Below, piece after piece: positions 17,225 through 26,177 of a stretch of DNA of 44,909 nucleotides. Source of the stretch: a virus. Lineage: Duplodnaviria; Heunggongvirae; Uroviricota; Caudoviricetes. The DNA is taken from IMG/VR virus record IMGVR_UViG_3300033993_001993. The stretch is one strand, 5' to 3'. Under the pieces are notes generated by a model. That model was not told the DNA's origin, ran no database searches, and was given only the letters and a program-made list of their open reading frames with translations. Position numbers and translations under genes: made by a program. How positions within the stretch are numbered: the first letter of the stretch is position 1; every line of letters begins with the position of its first letter.

Positions 17225-18058
17225 TTATTTAGTTACTTGTTGTCGGAACCCTTGTTTAAGTCCTTGGACGCCTCCTCTTACTGAAGATGCTACCTTACCA
17301 ACTAAAGTGTCAGCTGACATACCTAAAGCTTGTCTAATCTCTTTTTTAAGTTCTCTCGTTTTTGCATCACCCTTTCTACGATCTAAATTATCCAACGCGG
17401 CCTCTCTTTGATCTGCCGGTGTATTAAGGACGTATTGACCTGAAGGTGATTTTGACCAAGCAATAACCTCACTTGATTTTACAGGGTCTAAAGTATCTAT
17501 CTTAGGCATCAATTTTTTAGCATCACCAATTGGGTCAGCAAGTTTTGGTACACTACCACCACCACCTGATGCCGCCAATGTCTTAGATTGGTCAGCAGCA
17601 AGTTGGCCAGTAACTGCCGTTGCTGGTTTGGTTGCTAATTTCTCACTTGAGAATGGTAATTTTTTTATTGCCTCTAATGCTTTTCCTGTTGGTTCGGTCC
17701 AAGATAAAAATTTACCAGCATTTTTGTATGCCAACGCTTTAGGACTCTTAGGTTCAAACTTTAATTTGAAAAAGTATTTATCTCCTTCTTTTTTATAGTC
17801 GTAATCGTAATCACTATAAGAACTATATGTTGTTTCTCCAGTTGGTGCGGTTGCCTCAGGTGTAGTTGCCGCAGGTGCTGCCGGTGTAGTTGCCGCAGGT
17901 GCTGCCGGTGTAGTTGCCGCAGGTGCTGCCGGTGTAGTTGCCGCAGGTGCTGCCGGTGCCGCTTGTTCAGAAATATAACTTCTTTTGGTAGCTTCTTTGT
18001 GCATCCCTAAGATTCTTTCTTTTTCGGATTCACTTATTATAAATAGATTTTTTTTCAT
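17225..18058 (-). CDS. Leader-bearing protein with Pro/Ala/Thr linker
   Basis: MKKNLFIISESEKERILGMHKEA...ISEQ; TATTTAT at 18078-18084. Confidence 0.88.
   Translation of the reverse strand: MKKNLFIISESEKERILGMHKEATKRSYISEQAAPAAPAATTPAAPAATTPAAPAATTPAAPAATTPEATAPTGETTYSSYSDYDYDYKKEGDKYFFKLKFEPKSPKALAYKNAGKFLSWTEPTGKALEAIKKLPFSSEKLATKPATAVTGQLAADQSKTLAASGGGGSVPKLADPIGDAKKLMPKIDTLDPVKSSEVIAWSKSPSGQYVLNTPADQREAALDNLDRRKGDAKTRELKKEIRQALGMSADTLVGKVASSVRGGVQGLKQGFRQQVTK
17859..17954. repeat. Coding tandem repeat, 4 x 24 bp
   Basis: Four exact copies of GGTGTAGTTGCCGCAGGTGCTGCC, encoding AAPAATTP. Confidence 0.97.
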
Positions 18059-18135
18059 ATGTAATTTTTATACATTAATAAATATTTCAATAAATAAAAA
18101 AACCCCATTCTATGAGGTTTTAATTTAAATATTTT

Positions 18136-18477
18136 TTACTTACTAACAAAACAAAATGGTTTACCATCCTTCATTACGGTAATTCCTAAATCATTAGAAT
18201 GAGCGTTAGGATCAAATATGATGTCAACCCCATTCATTCTTTTTTGAACTTCGTCTTTAAGTGAGTTTTTATCAAAAGAAACCATATTATCTTTTAGGTT
18301 CATAAGAACCGAAAAACAATCCGGTATTGTAACAGGGTCGGGGATGGGTCTCTGATAATTCATCTTATCAGGTTGTACTCCCGGTAAGTTAGAAAAAACA
18401 CTTTGCTCGTTTAAAGATTGTTTTTTATTCCTTGGTGATGAATTTTTAAATTTTAATAGTTCGTCTCTTACACTCAT
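18136..18477 (-). CDS. Hypothetical protein (…KQSLNEQ site)
   Basis: Start moved to 18477 (MSVRDELL); TATTTAT at 18482-18488. Confidence 0.75.
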   Translation of the reverse strand: MSVRDELLKFKNSSPRNKKQSLNEQSVFSNLPGVQPDKMNYQRPIPDPVTIPDCFSVLMNLKDNMVSFDKNSLKDEVQKRMNGVDIIFDPNAHSNDLGITVMKDGKPFCFVSK

Positions 18478-18488
18478 AATAATAAATA

Positions 18489-18800
18489 TCACATAAGTAG
18501 TTCTTCAGTAAATTCAATGAAGTCAATACCCTTGAACAATATTTCCTTACCAAATTTTTGTTCCATCCAATATGAAAACTGTTCCTTAAAATCTTGACTA
18601 TGAAGGGGGATAAATGTTGAGAAGTCCATTTCCTTATCTCTTAACGTTTTAACATCTCTGGTGGATGGATAATAAACAATTATGGGTTTAAATGTATCTT
18701 CATCATAGAAAATAAAACATATTTTACCAAATATTTTTGATTCCAACGGACTGATAGTCCCATAAACTAAATCAAATAAATTTGAGATTGCCTTTTTCAT
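18489..18800 (-). CDS. Hypothetical protein
   Basis: Probable start MKKAISNL at 18800. Confidence 0.7.
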   Translation of the reverse strand: MKKAISNLFDLVYGTISPLESKIFGKICFIFYDEDTFKPIIVYYPSTRDVKTLRDKEMDFSTFIPLHSQDFKEQFSYWMEQKFGKEILFKGIDFIEFTEELLM

Positions 18801-18839
18801 TAAAAACAATAATAGACAGAGTAATTGACATTTTAAATA

Positions 18840-19259
18840 CTATTTATGAAATTGTTCTGGTTCAGTATTATCTATCTTCTGTTGATATTCTTCGCTTACC
18901 TTAATTTTCCCATCACTATAAACAACTCTAACGTACTCAACTCCGAAAAAATATTGTAATTCTTCTGAAATTTCACGACTTAAATAATTTAAAGTTTTAT
19001 AATCACCCAAGATATAAGGTAAGTATTTTATGAATAATGTTGTCATAGGTGATCCGTCAATTATAACAACATCCATAATTAAATAATTATAATACTCACC
19101 AACAGAAATCATATGTTTTTGACCCGAAATACTAATCTGATATTGGAATTCTCCATTGTTGTATTCTGACACAGGTCCTTTATAAGTAAAGACCATATCT
19201 TTAATGACCTTATTGATCTTTTTTATTTTTTCTTTTGATATCGCTTCCGGTTTGTCCAT
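18840..19259 (-). CDS. Hypothetical protein
   Basis: TATTTAT at 19265-19271. Confidence 0.8.
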   Translation of the reverse strand: MDKPEAISKEKIKKINKVIKDMVFTYKGPVSEYNNGEFQYQISISGQKHMISVGEYYNYLIMDVVIIDGSPMTTLFIKYLPYILGDYKTLNYLSREISEELQYFFGVEYVRVVYSDGKIKVSEEYQQKIDNTEPEQFHK

Positions 19260-19275
19260 CAATAATAAATATACG

Positions 19276-19325
19276 ATAAAACAAAAAACCCACCGATGAG
19301 GTGGGTAGTTTCATTAGAGACGAGA
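19276..19325. repeat. 50-bp direct repeat, copy 1 (includes terminator hairpin)
   Basis: ATAAAACAAAAAACCCACCGATGAGGTGGGTAGTTTCATTAGAGACGAGA, identical to 19931-19980. Confidence 0.95.
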
Positions 19326-19344
19326 TGATATATTAAACGTATTT

Positions 19345-19914
19345 TTATTTATAGTAGTCTATTAATGTTCTTATTGGGATGATCAATTGTTTTGGGAAAT
19401 AGTTGTTTAGAAAATCCATAAGTTCTTGTATTGATTTAAAATTAGAGGGGGAGTCAATACGTAAACCTAATTCTGTGTAACTATCAACGTAATCACCCGT
19501 GATTTTATTTTCAAATTCACTCCCATCAACAGGTGTTGTACAATCACCGTTCCAATAAGGGGTTGCCATTCCCACTAACCTACAATCTTTGTCCTCATAT
19601 TCAAATTCTAGATACCCACCAAAATTCGACCATTCTAACTCAATTTTCATCTGACCCCCGTTAAAGTTAAATTTTGTATTAAGTAAATTTGTCTTATAAA
19701 GTATTGGAAGTAAGTAATCGGCAAATCCGCAATCAATATTGATTTCTTTATCTTTAAGTAGGACGACCACTTGGGTTTCCTTCATACCCAATAGTTCTGA
19801 AATCTCATAAATGTCCATACCATCATTCCACATCTTATAGATGAGGTTTGAGTTCTTTTCATCTTGACTTTTAAAAAGACTATGATATTGGGATTCAGAA
19901 ATAACAATTTTCAT
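19345..19914 (-). CDS. Leader-bearing hypothetical protein (MKIVISESQY)
   Basis: 189 aa; TATTTAT at 19919-19925. Confidence 0.88.
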   Translation of the reverse strand: MKIVISESQYHSLFKSQDEKNSNLIYKMWNDGMDIYEISELLGMKETQVVVLLKDKEINIDCGFADYLLPILYKTNLLNTKFNFNGGQMKIELEWSNFGGYLEFEYEDKDCRLVGMATPYWNGDCTTPVDGSEFENKITGDYVDSYTELGLRIDSPSNFKSIQELMDFLNNYFPKQLIIPIRTLIDYYK

Positions 19915-19930
19915 ATGATATAAATACTAC

Positions 19931-19980
19931 ATAAAACAAAAAACCCACCGATGAGGTGGGTAGTTTCATTAGAGACGAGA
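19931..19980. repeat. 50-bp direct repeat, copy 2
   Basis: Contains the last codons and stop of the 19969-20148 ORF plus its terminator. Confidence 0.95.
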
Positions 19981-20148
19981 CGCTAAATTAAAAATGTAAA
20001 CCATTTTCCTTTTGATCTCCTCAACCTCTTTCAATTGATCGTTAGATAAATTGATAGATGATCCTTGTATTTCTGCCATTTTGTTCTGTAATTTGGTGTG
20101 TTCAACCATTAACTTGCCGTAAGCCACCCCTTTTTGTTCGTTCGTCAT
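19969..20148 (-). CDS. Small coiled-coil-like protein
   Basis: Probable start MTNEQKG at 20148. Confidence 0.7.
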   Translation of the reverse strand: MTNEQKGVAYGKLMVEHTKLQNKMAEIQGSSINLSNDQLKEVEEIKRKMVYIFNLASRL

Positions 20149-20211
20149 ATTATAATAATAATTTAAAAGATTCACAAATAAATAAAAAACCCACTTGTGG
20201 TGGGTTAATCA

Positions 20212-20385
20212 TTATTTAGTTTTATTTTTTGTTTCAGAAACTTCATCAACCAATGGTTTTGAATCCCCTAATTTAGATTCCAAAAGTGATTTAAATTTTG
20301 AAGTGTCTACTTTAATTCCACCTTCGTGTTGTTCTCGGATACTATTCTTCTCCTCAGAACTCATATCGTTCAATAAATGTTTCAT
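20212..20385 (-). CDS. 57-aa protein made almost entirely of leader motifs
   Basis: Manual: MKHLLNDMSSEEKNSIREQHEGGIKVDTSKFKSLLESKLGDSKPLVDEVSETKNKTK*; TATTTAT at 20397-20403. Confidence 0.8.
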   Translation of the reverse strand: MKHLLNDMSSEEKNSIREQHEGGIKVDTSKFKSLLESKLGDSKPLVDEVSETKNKTK

Positions 20386-20448
20386 AGTTTTTTACTATAA
20401 ATATATGGTAATCATCATATAATTGTGAATATATGGTAATTACCATAT

Positions 20449-20473
20449 AAAAACCCCCAATTAAGGGGGTTTT
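20449..20473 (-). terminator. Intrinsic terminator
   Basis: A5-CCCCC-AATTAA-GGGGG-T4. Confidence 0.75.
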
Positions 20474-20477
20474 AAAT

Positions 20478-20735
20478 TTAATCAAACATAATGTCTTGAT
20501 CTTCGTTTGTGATCTTATCTCTACGGATGTCCTGACTGTCCAATTCTTCTGACAGACTATCATACCACTCACCATTGACTGGTTTCATATCGTGATAATT
20601 ATCACGAATATAATCTTTCATTTCCTCTTCGGTCATTCCCTCCATTTCAGGGTAGTTGTCTGTGTCAATTTCCACAGGTTCTTTAAGAATCCAAGTGTCG
20701 TAGGATTCAGTACGATAAACATTAATTTTTGCCAT
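20478..20735 (-). CDS. Acidic hypothetical protein
   Basis: Probable start MAKINVY at 20735. Confidence 0.75.
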   Translation of the reverse strand: MAKINVYRTESYDTWILKEPVEIDTDNYPEMEGMTEEEMKDYIRDNYHDMKPVNGEWYDSLSEELDSQDIRRDKITNEDQDIMFD

Positions 20736-20755
20736 TGTTTCTGTTTTTATTTTAG

Positions 20756-21256
20756 TTAATATATTTGAAAATCGCCTTTGACGTAGGATTTTTTCCAATG
20801 TTCCACCCAACATTCAAAGTCAGGAATTTGTAACATATTAGACATCATCATAGTGGTCGACATATTTTCATCTCTTGGAGGTTCAAAGGATATTAAAAGA
20901 TGTTTATTTATTTCTGACATATAAGAATCTATTGTGTCATAAAAATCGTAAGACGATATAAACCCATCGTAACTTAACGACCTATAACTGGGGTCAAAGG
21001 TTCTTGGGTTATATATTGGTTGCCTGATTACATCATAAATGACTAAATTCATATATACCATTCCATACCAGTCCGACTTTCTTTGTTTTTTATTGCGTTC
21101 ACAAACAAAAATATCAAATTTTAATTTAGGATACATATTCTCAATAAATCTACCTAATACCTTAAGATATTTATTGTAAATGAGTCCTCTTAATTCATTA
21201 TCTTCTTTGTGTTGTTTATACGCCATATAGGAGTTATGTTCATTACTTCGTTCCAT
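20756..21256 (-). CDS. Hypothetical protein
   Basis: Probable start MERSNEH at 21256. Confidence 0.75.
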   Translation of the reverse strand: MERSNEHNSYMAYKQHKEDNELRGLIYNKYLKVLGRFIENMYPKLKFDIFVCERNKKQRKSDWYGMVYMNLVIYDVIRQPIYNPRTFDPSYRSLSYDGFISSYDFYDTIDSYMSEINKHLLISFEPPRDENMSTTMMMSNMLQIPDFECWVEHWKKSYVKGDFQIY

Positions 21257-21309
21257 AAAAAAAATATAATAAAAAAAAATCCCCCAATCAATTATGATGG
21301 AGGATTTTG

Positions 21310-21663
21310 TTATTTTTTTCTGGACCAATAATTATTCCGATCGTAATATTCTTTTAGTTCTTCGTAAAAGTGATTTTTAATGAATTGGATCATTTGATTT
21401 CTACTCGTTGTTAAATCACCGTCGTTTTTGGACTTAGTCAGTACTTCGTTTGCTACGTCCCAAGCAAGTTCTGATCTAAAATCATCAAAATTACCAACCA
21501 ATTGATTCATATTAAAAAAAAGCAAATAATCATAAACAGCATCTTTAATGTCTGAGTATCTCCTTTGAATGTGTTTTGGAATGGTGGGACCATCATTTGA
21601 TTCAATTACCATTTTAACAACGTTAATTAATTCCGACTCAGTTAATTTTATTATTTTTTTCAT
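21310..21663 (-). CDS. Leader-bearing protein (MKKIIKLTESELINVVKMVIES)
   Basis: Canonical leader followed by a QRR module. Confidence 0.88.
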   Translation of the reverse strand: MKKIIKLTESELINVVKMVIESNDGPTIPKHIQRRYSDIKDAVYDYLLFFNMNQLVGNFDDFRSELAWDVANEVLTKSKNDGDLTTSRNQMIQFIKNHFYEELKEYYDRNNYWSRKK

Positions 21664-21669
21664 TATATC

Positions 21670-22326
21670 TTAATTACACTGACCCCAAGAAAAACTTTTA
21701 ACTCGACACTTATTTTTCGTAGTTATATTTATGTTGAATGAGCACAAAATGACTTTTAATAACCAAAGTGTAACCAAACCTACAATTACCCAAGACGCGA
21801 TTGTTAAAACTAATGCTGGCATTGCAAATGATCCGATCGTAACAAGAGCCATACTTGTACCAAAGAACTCTTTAATTATTTCTTCAGAAACAACCTCATC
21901 ACCTTTTATTTTTGACTTCAGACTTTTAACCAATGATTTAAGGTCGGATAACTTTAATGATGATAAATAATCAATAAACTTACTAATGTAACCTGACATT
22001 GTTTTAATTACCTCTTGAGCTTTGTCAGGAAACATCTCCTTAATCTTTTGTCCAAATCTTCTTGAAACAAATCCCTCAACATCATCACCGATTTGACATA
22101 TCTCACTATTATCAACGCTATTTTGAGCAGCTTCAACACTACTAAAATCGAATTGAGGGTTTAATGCCTGAACATCGGGTGCAACGGAATTTAATTCTTG
22201 ATCAACAGATGACATTTTATCATCATCAATGTCGTACTCAAGCAAAACTTTTCTTCCTAAGGTTCTGTTTTCCATTAACCTATTGGATTCTTGGATGTGT
22301 CTGATTTTACTATAACTTTTGTTCAT
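21670..22326 (-). CDS. Leader-bearing protein with C-terminal TM (MNKSYSKIRHIQES)
   Basis: TATTTAT at 22331-22337; hydrophobic C-terminus. Confidence 0.85.
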   Translation of the reverse strand: MNKSYSKIRHIQESNRLMENRTLGRKVLLEYDIDDDKMSSVDQELNSVAPDVQALNPQFDFSSVEAAQNSVDNSEICQIGDDVEGFVSRRFGQKIKEMFPDKAQEVIKTMSGYISKFIDYLSSLKLSDLKSLVKSLKSKIKGDEVVSEEIIKEFFGTSMALVTIGSFAMPALVLTIASWVIVGLVTLWLLKVILCSFNINITTKNKCRVKSFSWGQCN

Positions 22327-22444
22327 ACATATAAATATATGTAGTTTTTTTATTTTACTATTTTTTTCATAGGGATTTTTCTTTATAAATAAAAAGAAAG
22401 AGTAAAAAAGGTAGACACTTTACCTGAAAGGTCAATTTGAGATT

Positions 22445-23074
22445 TTACTTATACTCAACCTTTGGCCACACATTAATTGGAATGAAAGAATTTATATCGT
22501 CAAATAATGGTTCGATTACCTTGAAGACCTCTTGGTATCTTTTCATTTGTTCTTTACCGACAACAAATGTGACCTTATACGCGTCGTCATCTCTACCAAT
22601 GTTATATCCCTTAAAATAATCAGGGAAATCATATTCGGAAATAAACTTATCGATCAGGGAAGTATAATCCTTTTCTGTGGATTCGTTTATGGATTGATCT
22701 TCAGTATAAAATACTTTAATTATATCAGAAAAATCCATACCCAATACATCAACCCCAAGTTTCTCAATAATTTCATTATCAACAAACTCAAAACCCTCCG
22801 TATCAATAAACCATTCGTACTCCCCACGATCCTGATATAAATAATCCTTACCATTCAGATTAAAAAGATACATAGGTCCCCAATTGTTTAACATACGTCT
22901 AACCAAATCAGGACTAATACCTTCATCAAATTCCGTCGGGACATCATATCGTGAGTTTACCATCTGAATATTGTCGGTTAGATCAACACCCATAGTTTTA
23001 ATTAAAAACTTTTTGTTTTTTTCTAAAGACTCCTTAATGGACTGATACTGAGATTCGGTTATAATGTATTTCAT
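22445..23074 (-). CDS. Leader-bearing two-module protein (MKYIITESQY; internal SINES)
   Basis: TATTTAT at 23081-23087. Confidence 0.88.
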   Translation of the reverse strand: MKYIITESQYQSIKESLEKNKKFLIKTMGVDLTDNIQMVNSRYDVPTEFDEGISPDLVRRMLNNWGPMYLFNLNGKDYLYQDRGEYEWFIDTEGFEFVDNEIIEKLGVDVLGMDFSDIIKVFYTEDQSINESTEKDYTSLIDKFISEYDFPDYFKGYNIGRDDDAYKVTFVVGKEQMKRYQEVFKVIEPLFDDINSFIPINVWPKVEYK

Positions 23075-23140
23075 ATTATAATAAATATATTAACAACCAC
23101 CTTTTTCTGAAGGGACTACTAAAGTAAACAACTTAATAAT

Positions 23141-23210
23141 CACAAAAAGACCCGAAGGGTTCGGTCGGTCGATTTTTTTCCGACGAAGTCGGGATCCGTT
23201 TCCGGATTCA
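23141..23210 (-). terminator. Terminator preceded by two further GC-rich hairpins
   Basis: Minus strand: ATCCG-GAAA-CGGAT, CCGAC-TTC-GTCGG, ACCC-TTCG-GGT then CTTTTT. Confidence 0.65.
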
Positions 23211-23228
23211 ATAAGAAAGGCAGAATTA

Positions 23229-23558
23229 TTAACAATCTCTTGTTTTTCTATTATAGAAACTTCTAATCTTAGCCCCGTGTTCATCCATTAATAACTTAAC
23301 GAAGGTTTCGTAACCAACACCCTCATAAATAAAATCAGATATATCATCAATACCATAATCAGGGTCATAAAGTTCTATAATGTCCCCAACTATATTACTT
23401 ATGTATTTCTGAAACGTGGGGAAATACTTACAGAAATCAAGATTACCATAAAATTCATCACCCATATCGATTAAATCAGACGCAACATTTAACATATCCC
23501 CCAATCTTCTACGTAGGGATAATTTATTATATTGATCTTCAGTGATTATTAATTTCAT
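23229..23558 (-). CDS. Leader-bearing protein (MKLIITEDQY; RRR module)
   Basis: 109-aa ORF. Confidence 0.85.
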   Translation of the reverse strand: MKLIITEDQYNKLSLRRRLGDMLNVASDLIDMGDEFYGNLDFCKYFPTFQKYISNIVGDIIELYDPDYGIDDISDFIYEGVGYETFVKLLMDEHGAKIRSFYNRKTRDC

Positions 23559-23565
23559 AGATGAG

Positions 23566-23946
23566 TTATGCTTGTTTTAGAATATAATGTGTTTGCAACC
23601 TTTCGGCATCTTGTTTATACTTCTCGTTAAACCATTTTAATATCATATCATCGTTAGGGATGAAGTCAGATATTTCATTATAAAGATCTTTAAGGATATA
23701 TAAGGTTTTCCCGACATTCCTTAATATGTACTTATCCTCAACTTCGTCCCAATAATATACGTCCCTTGGTTCGGCAACCCTAAAATAATATTCCTTACTG
23801 TCCTTATCGTAATAGATAACGTTTGATCCATACAAACGAGAACTATAATTAGATTTCCTTTTAAGGTTGTTAAGCTGGGGGATATGAGATTCAACGAACT
23901 TCCCCATAACCGACTCCCTAATAATCCTTTTAATTAATTGTTCCAT
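23566..23946 (-). CDS. Leader-bearing protein (MEQLIKRIIRES)
   Basis: TATTTAT at 23951-23957. Confidence 0.85.
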   Translation of the reverse strand: MEQLIKRIIRESVMGKFVESHIPQLNNLKRKSNYSSRLYGSNVIYYDKDSKEYYFRVAEPRDVYYWDEVEDKYILRNVGKTLYILKDLYNEISDFIPNDDMILKWFNEKYKQDAERLQTHYILKQA

Positions 23947-23957
23947 ATTAATAAATA

Positions 23958-24434
23958 TTATAACTCAAATGAATCGTATTTTTGATAAAGTCCGCTGTCT
24001 TTAAAGACCTCAACTTTTTGTCCAGATAATTCAGGAAATCTATTTATTAGTTCCCTAATGAATTCCCTTCTTACTTTTTCATAAATTTCTAAAATGTCGG
24101 AACCCAATCTAAGTTCGAGTCTCAATATAATATGATCGTTATATACCATTACCCAATTATCCCCAAATACATCTTTAGTTGTTTCCATTAATGGGAGGTG
24201 GTTATCACGTAAGATTACATTACGACCCCTTGTTATTACATTTAAATCATTAAAAGAGGAAATCAATAAGTCAACCAACTTATCATAACCAACAATGTTT
24301 AAAAGGTTTTTATACCCAACAAGTTCGGCGGTTTCAGCCCACCCGTTCTCCTCAATCTGAGATAGTAGATTCTGTTTTAATGATTCTTCATTAAGAAATA
24401 GATTTAATTGAGATTCTGTGATAATGATTTTCAT
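23958..24434 (-). CDS. Leader-bearing protein (MKIIITESQL...LNEE)
   Basis: TATTTAT at 24441-24447; carries the G..AELVG..NL module. Confidence 0.88.
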   Translation of the reverse strand: MKIIITESQLNLFLNEESLKQNLLSQIEENGWAETAELVGYKNLLNIVGYDKLVDLLISSFNDLNVITRGRNVILRDNHLPLMETTKDVFGDNWVMVYNDHIILRLELRLGSDILEIYEKVRREFIRELINRFPELSGQKVEVFKDSGLYQKYDSFEL

Positions 24435-24458
24435 ATATAAATAAATACTATGGAAAAC

Positions 24459-24487
24459 AAAAAACCCCTCCGTGGTTGAAGGGGTTT
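24459..24487 (-). terminator. Intrinsic terminator
   Basis: A6-CCCCTC-CGTGGTT-GAAGGGG-TTT. Confidence 0.65.
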
Positions 24488-24512
24488 AATTTTTATTTAC
24501 AAAAGGGGTTAC

Positions 24513-24740
24513 TTACATTTCACCTCTAAATCTCTTTCTGATGTTGTCACTCATTCTCCCACCTGATTCCATTTCGTCAGCAATGGTTCTCAAAATACTA
24601 ATAACTTCTTCTCGTCCCGAATTGGAGTTTCTGATTATTCCTTTGATGTCCTTATACAAAGTATTTTCGTCCCACTCATTGATTGTTCGTTTAACGATAT
24701 TCTCAAGATCCCTTTCAGTTAATCTAATTACTTTTTTCAT
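24513..24740 (-). CDS. Leader-bearing small protein (MKKVIRLTERDLENIVKRTINE)
   Basis: TATTTAT at 24758-24764. Confidence 0.88.
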   Translation of the reverse strand: MKKVIRLTERDLENIVKRTINEWDENTLYKDIKGIIRNSNSGREEVISILRTIADEMESGGRMSDNIRKRFRGEM

Positions 24741-24767
24741 AATGTTATTGTTTAATTATAAATACTC

Positions 24768-24966
24768 CCATTTTCCCCAATTTTTTCCAGAAATTTTTTT
24801 TCAGTATTTGGGATCCATTTGAAGAGGGGGTCGACATTACAGATTAGAAGAGTTTTACTTTACGGATTATGATTGGATTTATGTGGTGTATTCATATAGA
24901 TAAATCCAAGAATAGATGGGGGAAATAGTTTCCATTTTTCCCAAATTTTTTTCCAGAAAATTTTTT
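24768..24966. repeat. Imperfect ~33-bp pyrimidine-rich direct repeat pair (24768-24800, 24932-24966)
   Basis: CCATTTTCCCCAATTTTTTCCAGAAATTTTTTT vs CCATTTTTCCCAAATTTTTTTCCAGAAAATTTTTT. Confidence 0.8.
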
Positions 24967-25444
24967 ACGAATACGTTACACGCGGGATTGACCCCCCTAA
25001 TAGGGTGTCAAAATGTCATATATGGGGGGGATACGGAGGGGGGGAGGGGTCTATATGACAGGAGGACCCCCATGCCAAGATCAGGGGAGGTAGGTATATT
25101 GTTAATAACTTTATTTAGTAAATAACTTAGTGATCCTTTGGTGGTGTCAATTATATTCCCTATCTTTGTATGGACAATGTGAGAGAGATGTCGGGCTGGG
25201 GGAACAACACCCCTTGGAGTGTAGACTCCAACCTGCCTTATAATATATATAAGCATAAAAAAATTCCCCCACGTTTGTAAGAGATTACAGATCTTATTGT
25301 TTGTTTGTTGTGATCATCTTATCCTTTACGTACCGAAGTGACTGAACAACTAACACCCTGCGTGGGGTGAATGATCTATTATAAATATAATCATCTATTA
25401 TAAAAAACATATTGTCAATCAAAATATTATACTTATATTTACAT

Positions 25445-25567
25445 ATGATTACTATTCTCTATTTAACATTACCCCTCATTATGTACAGACTCTACTGTTC
25501 ATTGGTTGGACCTGTTAGAAGAATGTATGATTGGACCATTAACTTTTTGGAGATATATGAAAACTAA
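25445..25567 (+). CDS. Small protein (40 aa)
   Basis: Manual: MITILYLTLPLIMYRLYCSLVGPVRRMYDWTINFLEIYEN*; TATATTTA just upstream. Confidence 0.4.
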   Translation: MITILYLTLPLIMYRLYCSLVGPVRRMYDWTINFLEIYEN

Positions 25568-25691
25568 TTTACTTATCGTACTATTGTCATCCCTATTTGG
25601 ATTGGGGGTTTCATCTATGATCGTTAGAACCATCCCTTGTGTTCTACCATCTACTGAACTAAACCTTATTGAAGAAGAGGACGAAGAATGA
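25557..25691 (+). CDS. Small membrane protein with acidic tail
   Basis: MKTNLLIVLLSSLFGLGVSS...EEEDEE; ATGA overlap with the next ORF. Confidence 0.5.
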   Translation: MKTNLLIVLLSSLFGLGVSSMIVRTIPCVLPSTELNLIEEEDEE

Positions 25692-25906
25692 TTTATATCT
25701 TATACTTCCTTCTGTGTATGTTGGGGATCGCCATTCTATCCTTACCAATACTAATCAGTATTCATATAGTTAAGACACGCCCCCACACTAAGTTGGGGAT
25801 GTGGATCAGTAAACATATTATCTCTGATATAGATCTTGAACCTACTAAACCCCTTGAGAAAGGTTTACTTGAGGATGATGTTCTTGAACCCCCTATTAAG
25901 GATTGA
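25688..25906 (+). CDS. Small membrane protein (72 aa)
   Basis: N-terminal TM; coupled to the previous ORF. Confidence 0.5.
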   Translation: MIYILYFLLCMLGIAILSLPILISIHIVKTRPHTKLGMWISKHIISDIDLEPTKPLEKGLLEDDVLEPPIKD

Positions 25907-26177
25907 TCTCCTTGACCTTTGAAAGGGAATGATCTCTTAATAACTTATTAACATCTTGTAGTTTCTCTCCTGACAGAGGGGAGTTGGAATGAATGAACTC
26001 TATGACATCACCCATATCGGTGTTGACAAGAACCCACGCCTTCTGTTTAAATCGGTTATTTACTTCGATCATACTATACTCACAGAACCCTGTTAGGGGA
26101 CCATTCTCATAATTAACCATTATGGTACCGTTATTATCGGTTAGTGTTGTTGAGAACTTGTTGATTAATTCTATCAT
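25896..26177 (-). CDS. Hypothetical protein (93 aa)
   Basis: Track ORF with plausible globular composition. Confidence 0.55.
   Translation of the reverse strand: MIELINKFSTTLTDNNGTIMVNYENGPLTGFCEYSMIEVNNRFKQKAWVLVNTDMGDVIEFIHSNSPLSGEKLQDVNKLLRDHSLSKVKEINP

Noticed and set aside
22331-22337. Equating the motif with the T4 late promoter TATAAATA
   Set aside because: The string lies on the template strand here, opposite to T4, so identity cannot be claimed.
24916-25256. Track ORFs 24916-25125 (+) and 25008-25256 (-)
   Set aside because: Composition is driven by G/C runs and repeats; no promoter or leader; treated as non-coding.
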